Assembly (NCBI RefSeq): GCF_006345805.1
Contig: NC_042999.1
Coordinates: forward strand, 30,008,001 to 30,072,000
Source of the DNA: Octopus sinensis
Taxonomy: Eukaryota
Reading direction: 5' to 3'
Length of the DNA: 64,000 bases
Shown: piece by piece, positions 26,571 to 38,703 of the stretch
Numbering within the stretch: the stretch's first letter is position 1
Layout of the letters: the number at the start of each line of letters is the position of its first letter
The notes under the pieces: model-generated
Seen by the model: the letters and a program-made list of their open reading frames with translations, nothing else
Database searches by the model: none
Told to the model about the DNA's origin: nothing
Made by a program: the position numbers and the translations under genes

Positions 26571-27079
26571 ATATGTGTACAGAGAAATGCACAGGTTCAG
26601 AAGATAGTAAAGAATGAAAATAACTGGGTTACGGAAATTATATTTCTTAAACAACGGGCAGAATGTGAATAATAAAGTTTTACTGAAAATAAAGTATTTT
26701 ACGGTTTGAAGCAAAGTTTGTCAGTTAACCAAAGAGCCAGTATCGAAGGAATCAGAAAACTACCATGAACAACAGAAAAACACAAACCTGTTGCAAAATA
26801 AATAAGGAAATTTGTGGAAATTAACTACGTGTACGGATTTAAGTGAAATTTTTGAAGTTAATTCTGTAAGTAAATTACGTATTAAATTACTTTCATCAGT
26901 AATTGTGAACTTGTTTCTGTCAGTAATTTGTAGTTGAAGTTGCTAAATAGTGATTGAAAAGTTACAGTGAAAAAAATACCAATTAAACTTAAAATGAAAA
27001 CAATAGCGTCTGAGAAATGAAAGTGAAAACAATAGAGATTCAGTGAGGAATAGCAATAGAGAGGGTGTGAGAGGTAGCT

Positions 27080-27217
27080 ACTTAGACAACTAAGATAGAT
27101 ATAGATAGATAGATAAAATATAGACACATATATATAGAGAGAGAGATACATATAGAAATAGAGTTGGATAGAGGGATATACATGGAGAGATAGAGAGAGA
27201 TGGATAGAAATCGACAA

Positions 27218-27276
<59 letters not shown>
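27080..27276. repeat. (GATA)n/(GA)n microsatellite
   Basis: Directly visible. Confidence 0.9.
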
Positions 27277-27994
27277 CGTCAAAGACGCTAGAAAACCGGA
27301 AGTAGATATTTTAAAAATCTCTGAATGATGTTAATCTAATATAAAAGAAATATTTAAATTTTTTTTATGATCTAACGATGTAAGGAAGACAATTATTTTC
27401 TGAAAGTTACTTCACAAAGACTTACCTGCCTTATCCATTTACCCAGGAACGGGTACTTTCTGCCCCCAGGGTGCCCGATACTCATTTAAGAGTCTAAAAC
27501 CATCCCCGAAATATAAGAAATGTATTTTCTCAGTGTAGAAAACACGTTGCAAAATACGGCTGTTATAATATTTTACACACGCACACAAACACACACACAC
27601 ACACACACACAAGCGCACACGCACACACACACATACACAACGGGATTTATATTGTAGGTTTGCTGTTCTCGTACACATATTTCACATGAATTTTAAATGT
27701 CCACCTTTACAAATATTTTTCGGACGCTAACACTTATGTGCGCTCAGTGTCTCTCTATTTTTTTTCTCTCTCTCACACGCACAAACACTTACTCTTTATC
27801 ACAAACACTTATTGTATGTACTTGTTTATGAGTGGAGGTCGCGCGCGCGCGAACGTGTGTGTACGTGATATCTGCCTCTTATGCACAGTGAATCATGCTG
27901 AAAGGAAATGTCTACGTTGATGGGTGTGCATCTTTCGTTTTCCAATAGGATTAATAATCTAACAGAATCTACAGACATTATTGTATTGTTTTGT

Positions 27995-29110
27995 CAACGC
28001 CTCTTTTCAAACTGACGCCTGCTAAGGTCCAGGAACTGCAGAAAACGCGGAGCAATGGAATTGCTTCCGAAACAATTCATTTGGTATTTGTGTGCATTCT
28101 CGATCAATGGCTGCTCTTAAATCAGCGACTGTTGCAGGTTGCATAGTATACACTTTGAATTTTAGGTATTACCCCAAAAAGATTCTAGTCTTATGAGTCC
28201 TGGTGAACGCGAGGGGTATTCACCGAAACGCATTTGTCCAATCCACCTGTTTGGCAAGAACTCATCAAAGAAAAATCTAACACCATCCGTCTTGCTGAAA
28301 ACTCCTCATCTTCAAAGTATTAATGCTTAATGCTTGGTCTGGCCTACAGTCGCAGTAAGTTAAAGTAATCGGAATCTGACACTTTAGCATCATAAATGAA
28401 TGATCCAATTAATCCTCTTGATGGTAAGCCACACCACAATGTAATTTCTGGTACATGAACATGCATTTCCACCATAGCATGCCGATTCTCACATCCCCAG
28501 TAGGTACAACTGTGCCGTTTATTTGAGGCATTTAATTTGAATGACTCCTCATCACTCCACACAAGCAATGTTGGAAAGTGTGCAACGTCTGTACATCGTA
28601 CCAAGTACCACACGCAATACTGCACACTTCTCCGCTATTTATAGCATGGTCTAATCTTGGAACGTAACGTTTCCATTAACAACGCTTCAAAATGCGTTGG
28701 ACAGACAATTTTCAAATACTTGCCTCAAAACTCACTTGCCGTACAGATTTTCTTGGACTTTGGTGATACATTTCCAGTACTCCTTCTTGCAATGTGAAGG
28801 ATGTTGATGTTCGTACTCAACCGGGACGCTCCTTATAGGCATTATGAACAGTTCCATCGGTTTCAAACTTATCTCTAATTCGTGTGATGATAAGTTGCGT
28901 TAATGGTTCTGTTTGAGAATCGCCCCCTAAACTGTATTTGCACTTCAGCTGCGCGCTCATACTTGCAGTAGCATTTTAGAATGAATTTCATTTGTTCAAG
29001 GCATAGTCAGAATGCCATCAATAATTTCAATACGTATAATCTTGACAGAAAAACATCAGTTGTCATACGAGCTGCTAAATAGTGTATATCTTTTGGGGTT
29101 GTCCCCCATG
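27995..29110 (-). mobile_element. Tc1/mariner maT (DD37D-like) transposase relic
   Basis: Minus strand: [77 protein letters not shown]...YPSRSPGL...FWGYLKFKVY, QFEKRR*. Confidence 0.85.
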
Positions 29111-29310
29111 TATATATATACACACATACATACGTACATATATTTATATATAGATATATATATATATACCGGAGTAAACACATAAATGTGAAACAAGGTC
29201 GTAAAAAGAGTACTCAAATACCAGTGGTAAAGTAATATGCTTCATCGGACAGTTTTTGTTAGAACGGACAGTTTTTGTTATATATATATATATATCAGCG
29301 TAAAAATTTA

Positions 29311-29585
29311 TGATGAGAGGAAAAGTCGTAACTGTTACAAATGTGAAAAATGAAGAAGTCATGTTTATATTTAATAGACTTAAAGCTGCACTTTACATGA
29401 ATTGATCAATCATGTTTTATATTACTGTAAAATATATTGTGTGCAACCGGAGAAGAATTTGTTGGTTCTAATTATGAAGATAAAGACATTTTTTGAAACA
29501 TAATTCAAATATTGGTTATCGGAGTATTTGAATGCCTAAGGTATAATCTTCCGTGCTGCTGCTGCTGCTGCTACTACCACTACTG

Positions 29586-29642
<57 letters not shown>

Positions 29643-29657
29643 TACTACTACTACTAC

Positions 29658-29733
<76 letters not shown>

Positions 29734-29874
29734 CAATAATATAATAAGGATAATTATAATAATAATAATAATAATAATAACAACAATAATAATAATAATA
29801 ACAACAATAATAATAATAAGGATAATTATAATAATAATAATAATAATAATTATAATATTAATAATAATAATAAT

Positions 29875-29905
<31 letters not shown>

Positions 29906-30190
29906 TAATAATAATAATAATAATAATAATATAATAATAATAATAATGGTGGTGATGATGATGATGATGATGACGATGATGATGATGATGATGATGATGT
30001 TAACATGAAAGTGTTAACTGTCACATATGTGAAAAATGAGGAAGTTATGTATATATTTAATAGTCTTAAAGCTACACCGTCCATAAATTGATTCATTGTG
30101 TTTTATATTCTTTTAAAAAATTGTGTTGTGTGCAACCTGAGAAGAATTTGTTGATTCTAATTGTGAAGATTTTGACATTTTTGGAAATCA
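29311..30190 (+). repeat. ~190-bp direct repeat pair (29311-29497 and 29993-30190) bracketing a trinucleotide tract
   Basis: Both copies read aactgt.aca.atgtgaaaaatga.gaagt.atgt.tatatttaatag.cttaaagct...ttgtgtgcaacc.gagaagaatttgttg.ttctaatt.tgaagat. Confidence 0.85.
29553..29999. repeat. (CTG)n-(CTA)n-(TAA)n-(TGA)n compound microsatellite
   Basis: Directly visible. Confidence 0.95.
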
Positions 30191-31835
30191 GAAAATACAT
30201 TAGCAACTGGAAAGCCCTGGACAAGATGGAGTTCAAGGCAACTGGATCAAATGAGTTGGTGAATGTCATTCAAGAATACCTGCGCACATCATACCTTGTT
30301 ACATGCCAACCAAGCATGGTTGACATTGGATAGGACAGTGGTGTGCCTGAAAAAAAATTGAGAATGGTAATACGGTCGACAATTACCGGCCGTCATCCTG
30401 TTTTCCAATTATATGGAAGTTATTAACTGGGCTACTCGCACAGTCAATATACGAACATCTGGAAAAAATGGAATCCTGACACATGAGCAGAAGGGTTGCA
30501 AGCGTAAGTGCAGGCGCCAAGGATCAACTCCTGATAGACAAAACTGCACTTTGAGACTGTATGAGGAGGAAAAGTAACTTCACCCTTTCATAGATCGACT
30601 ATCGTAAGGCGTATGATATGACACACATTCTCGGATGAGAGAGTGTATGAAACTATTTGGTATTGCATCGAACGTCGAGTGATTGCTTGGAAAAAGTATA
30701 GCGAATTGGAGGACGAACCTGGCAGAAGTCATACAGAAGTCATATAGCAAGAAAAAGTGTGGTGTGTTAGTCGTGAGGAGAGGCAAAATCAAATGTATGG
30801 ACCACCTAGCGATATCGTCAGGAGAGGTTATGAAGTGCATAGATGCGACAGGCTATAAGGGGATGTAGATATTGGAACTAGATAAAGTGATAGAGCAAGA
30901 AATAACAGAAAAATTTAAGGTGCAGTTATTGCGCAGACTGACACTGATCAGTAAATCGAACTTAAACGGACGGAATAAGGTTGAAGCTATCAACATTTGG
31001 ATGGTTCACTCCTTAGATATATAACAGGTGTAATCGCACGGACAGTAGACGAAATAAACAGCTTAGACAGAAAGACATGATGGGAAAGAGGATTGATTGG
31101 ATGCGAACACTACATTAGAGCAGAAAAAAACCATATATCATAGTATGTAAAAAATGCCACAGAGTCACTATTAATGGAAAAAAGGTCAGGGCTGTGTAGA
31201 ATGGATTATCGCAAAGATAAAGTACTGTACCACAAATTGAGAATGAATGAGACTGAAAATAGATAAAGAAAAGAATGCATGGACAATTTCATAGGGATGT
31301 TGAAGACATCGGAAATGGAGGATCTAATCTGTGTTGCCCAAAAGCAAGCATTAAGAACGATTTACATCAAATACAGAAATAGACAACACACCAATATATG
31401 GTAAGTTCAGTATTTGTGGAAAGATTAGTGAAACCCTACGACTTATTACCAGACATTTAACACCAGTAGCTCAAGAAAAAAATATGAGACCTATCTATTA
31501 GACGTTTTGCAATTTATCTATTGGACGCTTTTCAACAAGTATGGACTTGAGTTGGCAAAAATGCGGTACGAAAATAAACCCGAAGACATCTTCAAAAATC
31601 ATAATGCAAAGATCATATGAGGTTTTATGATTCAGTGCGACCATGAGGCACAGAATAGGAAGCCAGGCAGTGTTAACTGAGAAAGAAAGCAAACGTCGCT
31701 TGATTATAGATATAACAGACCCAGCTCACAAAATGGTATAGGATGAGGATTAAAGAAAGTTTGATAAGTATGAGAGGGTAGCGTGGGGGTTTAACCAGTT
31801 GTGGTCGATGAAAAAGTTGGTGGTAGTGCCAATAA
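30190..31835 (+). mobile_element. R4/Dong-like RLE non-LTR retrotransposon, 5' part (RT, zinc knuckle, most of the RLE)
   Basis: NWKA.G.DGVQG.WIK, NYRPSSCFPIIWKLLTG, EQKGCKR...KDQLLIDK, IDYRKAYD, KKCGVLVVRRGK, NLNGRNKVEAIN, LICVAQKQALRT, FMIQCDH...NRKP, IIDITDP, WSMKKLVVVPI. Confidence 0.88.
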
Positions 31836-33992
31836 GACTGGGTAAAAAACAAATTCCCGATAGCTTCCCGTCTGGTGCCTTGAATATTTCATCTAATTCC
31901 TAAGTGATATTACCTGCTAAATTGAAAAACAACTTCAGTTTTTCTTTATCAAGTCTAGTTTTCTGACTAAACCTGATGGAGTATTTTATTCATGCACAAG
32001 ACATATAGTATGAACCAATAAAGAGATCGTAACAGAAAACAAAACGAATTCCAAATAAAATTTCAAAATTCAAAATGCACATTGTTGAAGGTTTTGGCAT
32101 AAAATTTAAGGAATAATTTGCGCTTCTTCGTGCACCATGAATGTTGAGCAAAAGGAACATCTCGTTTTAAACACCAGCAATAGTCTGCCATTATCCCAGT
32201 ATCCCAACATCCTTGGTACTGAGTTTGTATCTCCTTTATGTCCTGGTGGAATTGTTCGCCTTGTTCATCGCTAACATCTCCGATATTTTCAGGACAGCGC
32301 TGAAGATGACTAAATATATAATGCATTTTGATGCTCATATTCGCGCCAATATGACGAAAACTTGACATCAAGTTGGTAACAAGGTCCCTATAGTATTCAC
32401 TTTGTGTTTCACGAGGAAACTTTACAATACTTCTCCAAACGCTAGCCAAGCTGATGCTTCATTTTCGCTCATTACTTTCACAAAATGTGTGTCGTTCAAG
32501 AGCTTAGAGTTGTGTGGTCGATCAAAAATATCTGCTTTAAGTTTTTCAATTTTCACGTCTGGAAATACACTGCATATATACTTGAGGCACTCCTCATTTG
32601 TATCAGGAGCCTTAACGAATTGCTTGATCATTGTTTGGTGTGCAAGGGGGGGGGGAAATGATCTTTTCTGTCTCAACTAAATGTTCTTCTCATATATTTG
32701 CAGCTCTACATGGAGCCAAATTTCTTCGAGTTGATCATTCCTTCTTAACATTGTGGCTCCTTTGGTCTTTACTATCCCACATAAAAAGAAAGCATGGGTA
32801 TTTCCTATAACCAGATTGCTGTCACATGAGAAATCCACCATATTTAAGCCAACGTAGATGCCTCATTTATGGTCGTGATAGAGTATATTCTTTAAAACTA
32901 AATTAGTTACTTCATATTTTCCTTCAGAGTGGCCGAGTGGGACACAGCCATACACATTTCCGTTGTGCCACAATACATTACGTTTAGAGTTGTCTATGAA
33001 AAGATGCCATTATTCAATGCCAAGTTTATTAAGAAGCCCACTAACATCTCTGCAGTAAACCAGCCTTTCCTCTTTTGTGAAAAACGAAAGGTTCTCTTCA
33101 TGCCGACTCAGATAAACTGTTATACGGACACCATTCTCTAGAAGGATCTTCTCTCTCAGTCAAGAAGCTACCAGTTCAGCAGCATTTTTTGGGAGGTTCA
33201 AGTCACGAACTTGATCATTCAAATATACCTGGGTGAGTAGCTGAGGTAATGTCTCAACTGAAAACTCATGATCTCAAGTGTCTTCTTCAGGTGTAGAATT
33301 TTCTTTGTTTGCGTTTAAAGTTATCCGAGGCAAGACATTGAAAACACGAACAGGAAGCGCTTCACTGAGTGGAACATGTCAAATAGCAGAGGCACGATTT
33401 GTATAGAAAAGAGTTTGTCGATTTTCCGGTTAATACCCTCTTAAATTTAGGTTACAAAAATAGCAGTCATCCATGCGATTATAGGGCTCTCGCCATAGTA
33501 TTGATATAGCAAACCTTGTCCCATTAATCCCGTGACGCAAATGTCCGTTGCATTGTTTGCAGACACTATGCGGTGCCCAATATTTATCTTGGTCTCCCAG
33601 CTTGACCCACAAATATGGCATATATGATCTTTCAACAAAATCAGTGATGATTTTTTAGATTTTCAGGTAATGTATATTCTCCACAAAAACAACAAAATAC
33701 ATTTGGAGAATTAACGCAAAGCTTTCTTGAAGAGGACATCTTGCTCATTTTCTATTACTCAGTTCCCCACAACTTTAAAAAATATATAAAATAACTAAAA
33801 ACTTAGAATTAGAATAAGGTGACGAACACTGCGTACTAAGCGTACACACATACATAGTGACTATATGAACGTTCAATAAATTAAAAACTAGACCTGATAG
33901 GTCAAAAGCAAGGTTATATTTGGTTTCAGGAGACCGATTTTGTTTGGGAGTGATAACTGTTTCCTAAACACCAAAAAACTTATCGACCAGTG
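31836..33992 (-). mobile_element. Chapaev3-like (CMC superfamily) DNA transposon, full length but decayed, 3-bp TAA TSD
   Basis: Termini gACTGG...CCAGTG flanked by TAA (31833-35 and 33993-95). Transposase from ~33748 to 32063: FCCFCGEY, KLGDQDKYWAPHSVCKQC, WREP....DDCYFC, WHLFIDNSKR, KYPCFLFMWDS, MIKQFVKA, NMSIKMHYIFSHL, SDEQGEQFHQD, MADYCWCLKRD. The family assignment rests on recalled termini, TSD and motif pattern. Confidence 0.8.
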
Positions 33993-34215
33993 TAATTGTC
34001 GGAACACTGGTAATAGCGAGTAGAAATCTTGAGAAGTACATGAAACAAAAAGGGGCTGCAATGAGGGTAGAACATTTGCGGAAAAAAACACTGCTTGGAA
34101 CCGCTTGAATACTCCGCATGCTCCTCGAAAAATAAGGCATGTTACCTTAGTTCACTGGTACAGGAGCAGCTGCCACCGTAGTACATCTCCAGCGACAGAA
34201 GCTGTGTAAAGACCA
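33993..34215 (+). mobile_element. R4/Dong-like retrotransposon, 3' continuation (RLE C-terminus and 3' UTR)
   Basis: IVGTLVIASRNLEKYMKQ...EHLRKKTLLGTA.ILRMLLE* continues the VVVPI motif that stops at 31835; followed by an (AAT/AAC)n tract. Confidence 0.88.
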
Positions 34216-34332
34216 TAAATAATAATAGTAACAATAATACTAATAACAACAACAACAACAATTAAAATAATGAAAATAATAACAACAACGATAATAATAA
34301 TAATAAAAATAATAATTATTATTATTACTATT

Positions 34333-34412
34333 AGGTCACTGGTTGTAATCGAACTCGGAATCTTGGGGTTAGTAGCCCGTGCTCTTAACTACTACGCCAC
34401 ATGTCTGTGGGC
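34333..34412 (-). mobile_element. Very short tRNA-like SINE with a TAA-type tail
   Basis: Reverse complement: gtggcgtagtagttaagagcacgggctactaaccccaagattccgagttcgattacaaccagtgacct, then taatagtaataataa; A and B boxes are recognisable. Confidence 0.65.
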
Positions 34413-34539
34413 ATATGCTGTTATTGTTTACTTTTCTATTTTTCATATTTTCCTTTTTCTCTCTGTGTTCTCCATTTACTGTATCATATCACTCTGTAAA
34501 TGAAAAGTCCCGTGTGCTACATTTAATGGCTTATCAATG

Positions 34540-34625
34540 TATACAGTACGTTTCTCAGCCCTAGGTGTCAGGATGACACTCGGCAAGAAACGTAAACAAA
34601 ATTAAAAGAAGATGCTAATGAAAAG
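34540..34625 (+). mobile_element. Isolated 3' tail of an R4-like element
   Basis: cctaggtgtcaggatgacactcggcaagaaacgtaaacaaaa resembles ccctaggacggcgggtgtgtatcggcaagagattataacaaaa at ~36302, the end of the next LINE relic. Confidence 0.45.
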
Positions 34626-34872
<247 letters not shown>

Positions 34873-34879
34873 AATGAGC

Positions 34880-36345
34880 CTCTGACACATCTGGTAGTCG
34901 AATACAGTTTTAACATGATTAACTGGAAACTTAAAAGCTCCAACGCTTGGGAAGGCATGGCAAGAAAATTACTAAGATCTGAGTACAAGTAACACCCAAA
35001 TGCAGAAGTTGATCATCTGTACCTACCTCGAAGTAATGGTGGAAGGCGAATGATGCAGGTAGAATTGTGCTATAAGAAACTCAAAAATAGCAATGAACAG
35101 GTATTTATCTAGTACAGAAAAATGGATGATGCGGCTTGTGAACATGCATGAAGCAGCAAAAATTACATTCTATTGTCTAAGAAGCATCTTTGCAGGTGAA
35201 CGTGACATTCTCTCTGAATTATATGAACAACCTGAAACCTCGTATCGAAACAAGCGAAACGGAATAAGCACACTGTATAAAGAACGTGCAGAAACATATT
35301 GAGTAGCATTGATAATATATATTGCGAAGGCGGCGAGCTGGTAGAAACGTTAGCACGCCGGGCGAAATTCGTAGCCGTATTTCGTCTGTCGTTACGTTCC
35401 GAGTTCAAATTCCGCCGAGGTCGACTTTGCCTTTTATCCTTTCGGGGTCGATAAATTACGTGCCAGTTACGCACTGGGATCGATGTAGTCGACTTAATCC
35501 CTTTGTCTGTCCTTGTTTGTCCCCTCTGTGTTTAGCCCCTTGTGGGTAGTAAAGAAATATATATTGCGAAGCCGAAATGTTTATGCAGACGAAGGAACAA
35601 CCCATCAGTAGCTGAGACGTTCAGGACTGAAAAACAGAGACTCAAGGTTTCATGTTGGCAGCACGAGATCAAGGCCTTCTTACTAAAATGTACCAGGCTA
35701 ACGTTCTTTGTAGATTATGTGATACATTGGACGAAATAATAGGCCATCTCGTCTCGGGATATCCTCTGCTGCCATTACACGAATATAAAAATCGTTACGA
35801 TAGGATAAGTCAGTATTTACATTGGAAAATAAGTAAACTCTAAAAATCAACACTCCCGTGTACCTGGTATGGACATCATCTTGAGCCAGCCGTTAATTCT
35901 CAAAATGTCACAATCCCCTACAGAACGATACAGGCTGATCGACCAAACATATTAATTAAATAAATGAGAGAGAAAAATCTTGTAGAGTAATAGATGCAAG
36001 TGTTAACCGTGACAAAAATTGTATTTATAAAAGAATCTGACAAATTAAATGAATATAAAGACCTGGAAATTGAAATACGAAAGATGTAGCATCTGAAAGT
36101 GAGAACTGTTACTGTTATTGTGAGTGCCCTAGGCATAATAAAAAAAGGCGGTGATGTCAGAGACAGCAGGATACTATGCCTGGAGAACCACGTCTCAGAG
36201 ACATCCAAAAGATTGTGCTGACAAGTACAGCACACATCCTTAGAAAAACACTATCAATTTAAGTGCTTGTGTTCTATTATTTGACGATACTTCGCTACTC
36301 CCCCTAGGACGGCGGGTGTGTATCGGCAAGAGATTATAACAAAAA
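34880..36345 (+). mobile_element. R4/Dong-like RLE retrotransposon 3' relic (end of RT, zinc knuckle, RLE), interrupted by a SINE
   Basis: HPNAEVDHLYLPRSNGGR, GLKTETQGFMLAARDQ, CRLCDTLDEIIGHLVSG..L...EYKNRYD...YLHW, IQADRPNILI, EYKDLEIEIRKM.HLKVRTVTVIVSALG, IQKIVLTSTAHILRKTL. Confidence 0.88.
35327..35555 (+). mobile_element. SINE family A, young full-length copy with 16-bp TSD
   Basis: aaggcggcgagctggtagaaacgttagcacgccgggcg...gagttcaaattccgccgaggtcgac...gtgggtagtaaagaa; TSD aatatatattgcgaag at 35314-35329 and 35556-35571. Confidence 0.92.
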
Positions 36346-36354
36346 ACAATCGCA

Positions 36355-36392
36355 AGAACAACAACAACCATAACAACAACAGTAGCAGCAGC

Positions 36393-36434
<42 letters not shown>

Positions 36435-36452
36435 TAGTAGTAGTAGTAGTAT

Positions 36453-36484
<32 letters not shown>

Positions 36485-36725
36485 ATGATTAGAAGGTAGA
36501 GGAGGAGAGAAAGAAGTAGAAGAAGAAAAAAAGAAAAAGCAGCAGCAGCAGAAGAAGAAGAAGAAGAAGAAGAAGAAGAAGAAGAAGGAGGAGGAGAGGA
36601 GAAGAAGAGAAGAAGAAGAAGGAGGAGGAGGAGGAGGAGAGGAGAGGAAGAAGAAGAAGAAGAAGAAGAAGAGGAGGAGGAGGAGGAGAAGGAGGAGAAG
36701 AAGAAGAAGAAGAAGAAAAAGAAAA
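36355..36725. repeat. (CAA)-(TAG)n-(GAA/GAG)n compound microsatellite
   Basis: Directly visible. Confidence 0.93.
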
Positions 36726-37877
36726 AAGGGGTAACAGAATAACAACCATAACACTTACAATATCACCAAATAGTTTGTTATAGCCTGACTCGAAGTTTAA
36801 ACATTTTTTTAATTTCTAGAAACTCATCAAGATTTACACTGAACCGAACTGAAGATAACACATATGCTTTTAAAATCTCATCCCTCATTCCTCATCCGCA
36901 ATGGAGTTTTCCACGAAAAATGTTCTTGACATCCTTATATTTCTGTGATATAATTTTTTTTTTATTTGCATACATCGAAATTGATAAACGATATTTTTGT
37001 GCTTTCCATAAGAATCAATTAGTATATATATCTTTGTTAATTATTCTCATAGTATAGTATTGTGCTTCCTTAAACCCCGATTTCTTAAATACTAATGTTT
37101 GAATTATTTATATCACCAGATACAGTTGATGCATGAATAAATTATAAATATATCATACGTGTGAACATTTACGTAAGAAGGAATGATAAATTGGATATAA
37201 ATAATTGAGATCCATTTCTGAGCAGGTTTACGTGACACATTATTGTAGTAATGGGAAGAGCATCAAGAATTACTGTTTATACAATACAAATGATCTAATA
37301 AATCTATGCACACATCTACTTGAAATAACCGCTCTATTTCACTTATTTGCTCTTATTCTAGGTACTCATAATTAAAGAAAGGCGACCTATATAGAGGATC
37401 AGTAAATTACATGGCTTTAGTTACTCCTTGAAAAATTCCAAAAATTGCGCTTCCACCTGATTATATCTACATTGTTTTAATCAGAAATATAAGCTGCACA
37501 GACAATCACTCGTGGAGAAATTAGTGCAATAATTTGTCTAGCGTAAACCTGTATTGTATAACTGAATTCATATTTTACATGATCGCAATTGACAAATAAA
37601 TCTTGTTTTCATTACATTATGTAAAAGCCATTGATTTCTCGTTCTTTTCACTTTTTAGCCATCATCATAGTCATAAAAAAAGAATTTTCAAGCCATATTT
37701 TTGTTACAGAAAGAAATCTGAAAGACAATCGGTATTGATTTTTGAATGGAGTCTAAAAATTTATTGAACAGCCAGTATTACTTTTCTTATCGCTAAGGTT
37801 CGAACATTAGTTGAGAGTAGGGAAATCTTTGAAGGGATTTTTTTTATGTTCATGTTTTATGTTTTCAATCATCAAAG

Positions 37878-38703
<826 letters not shown>

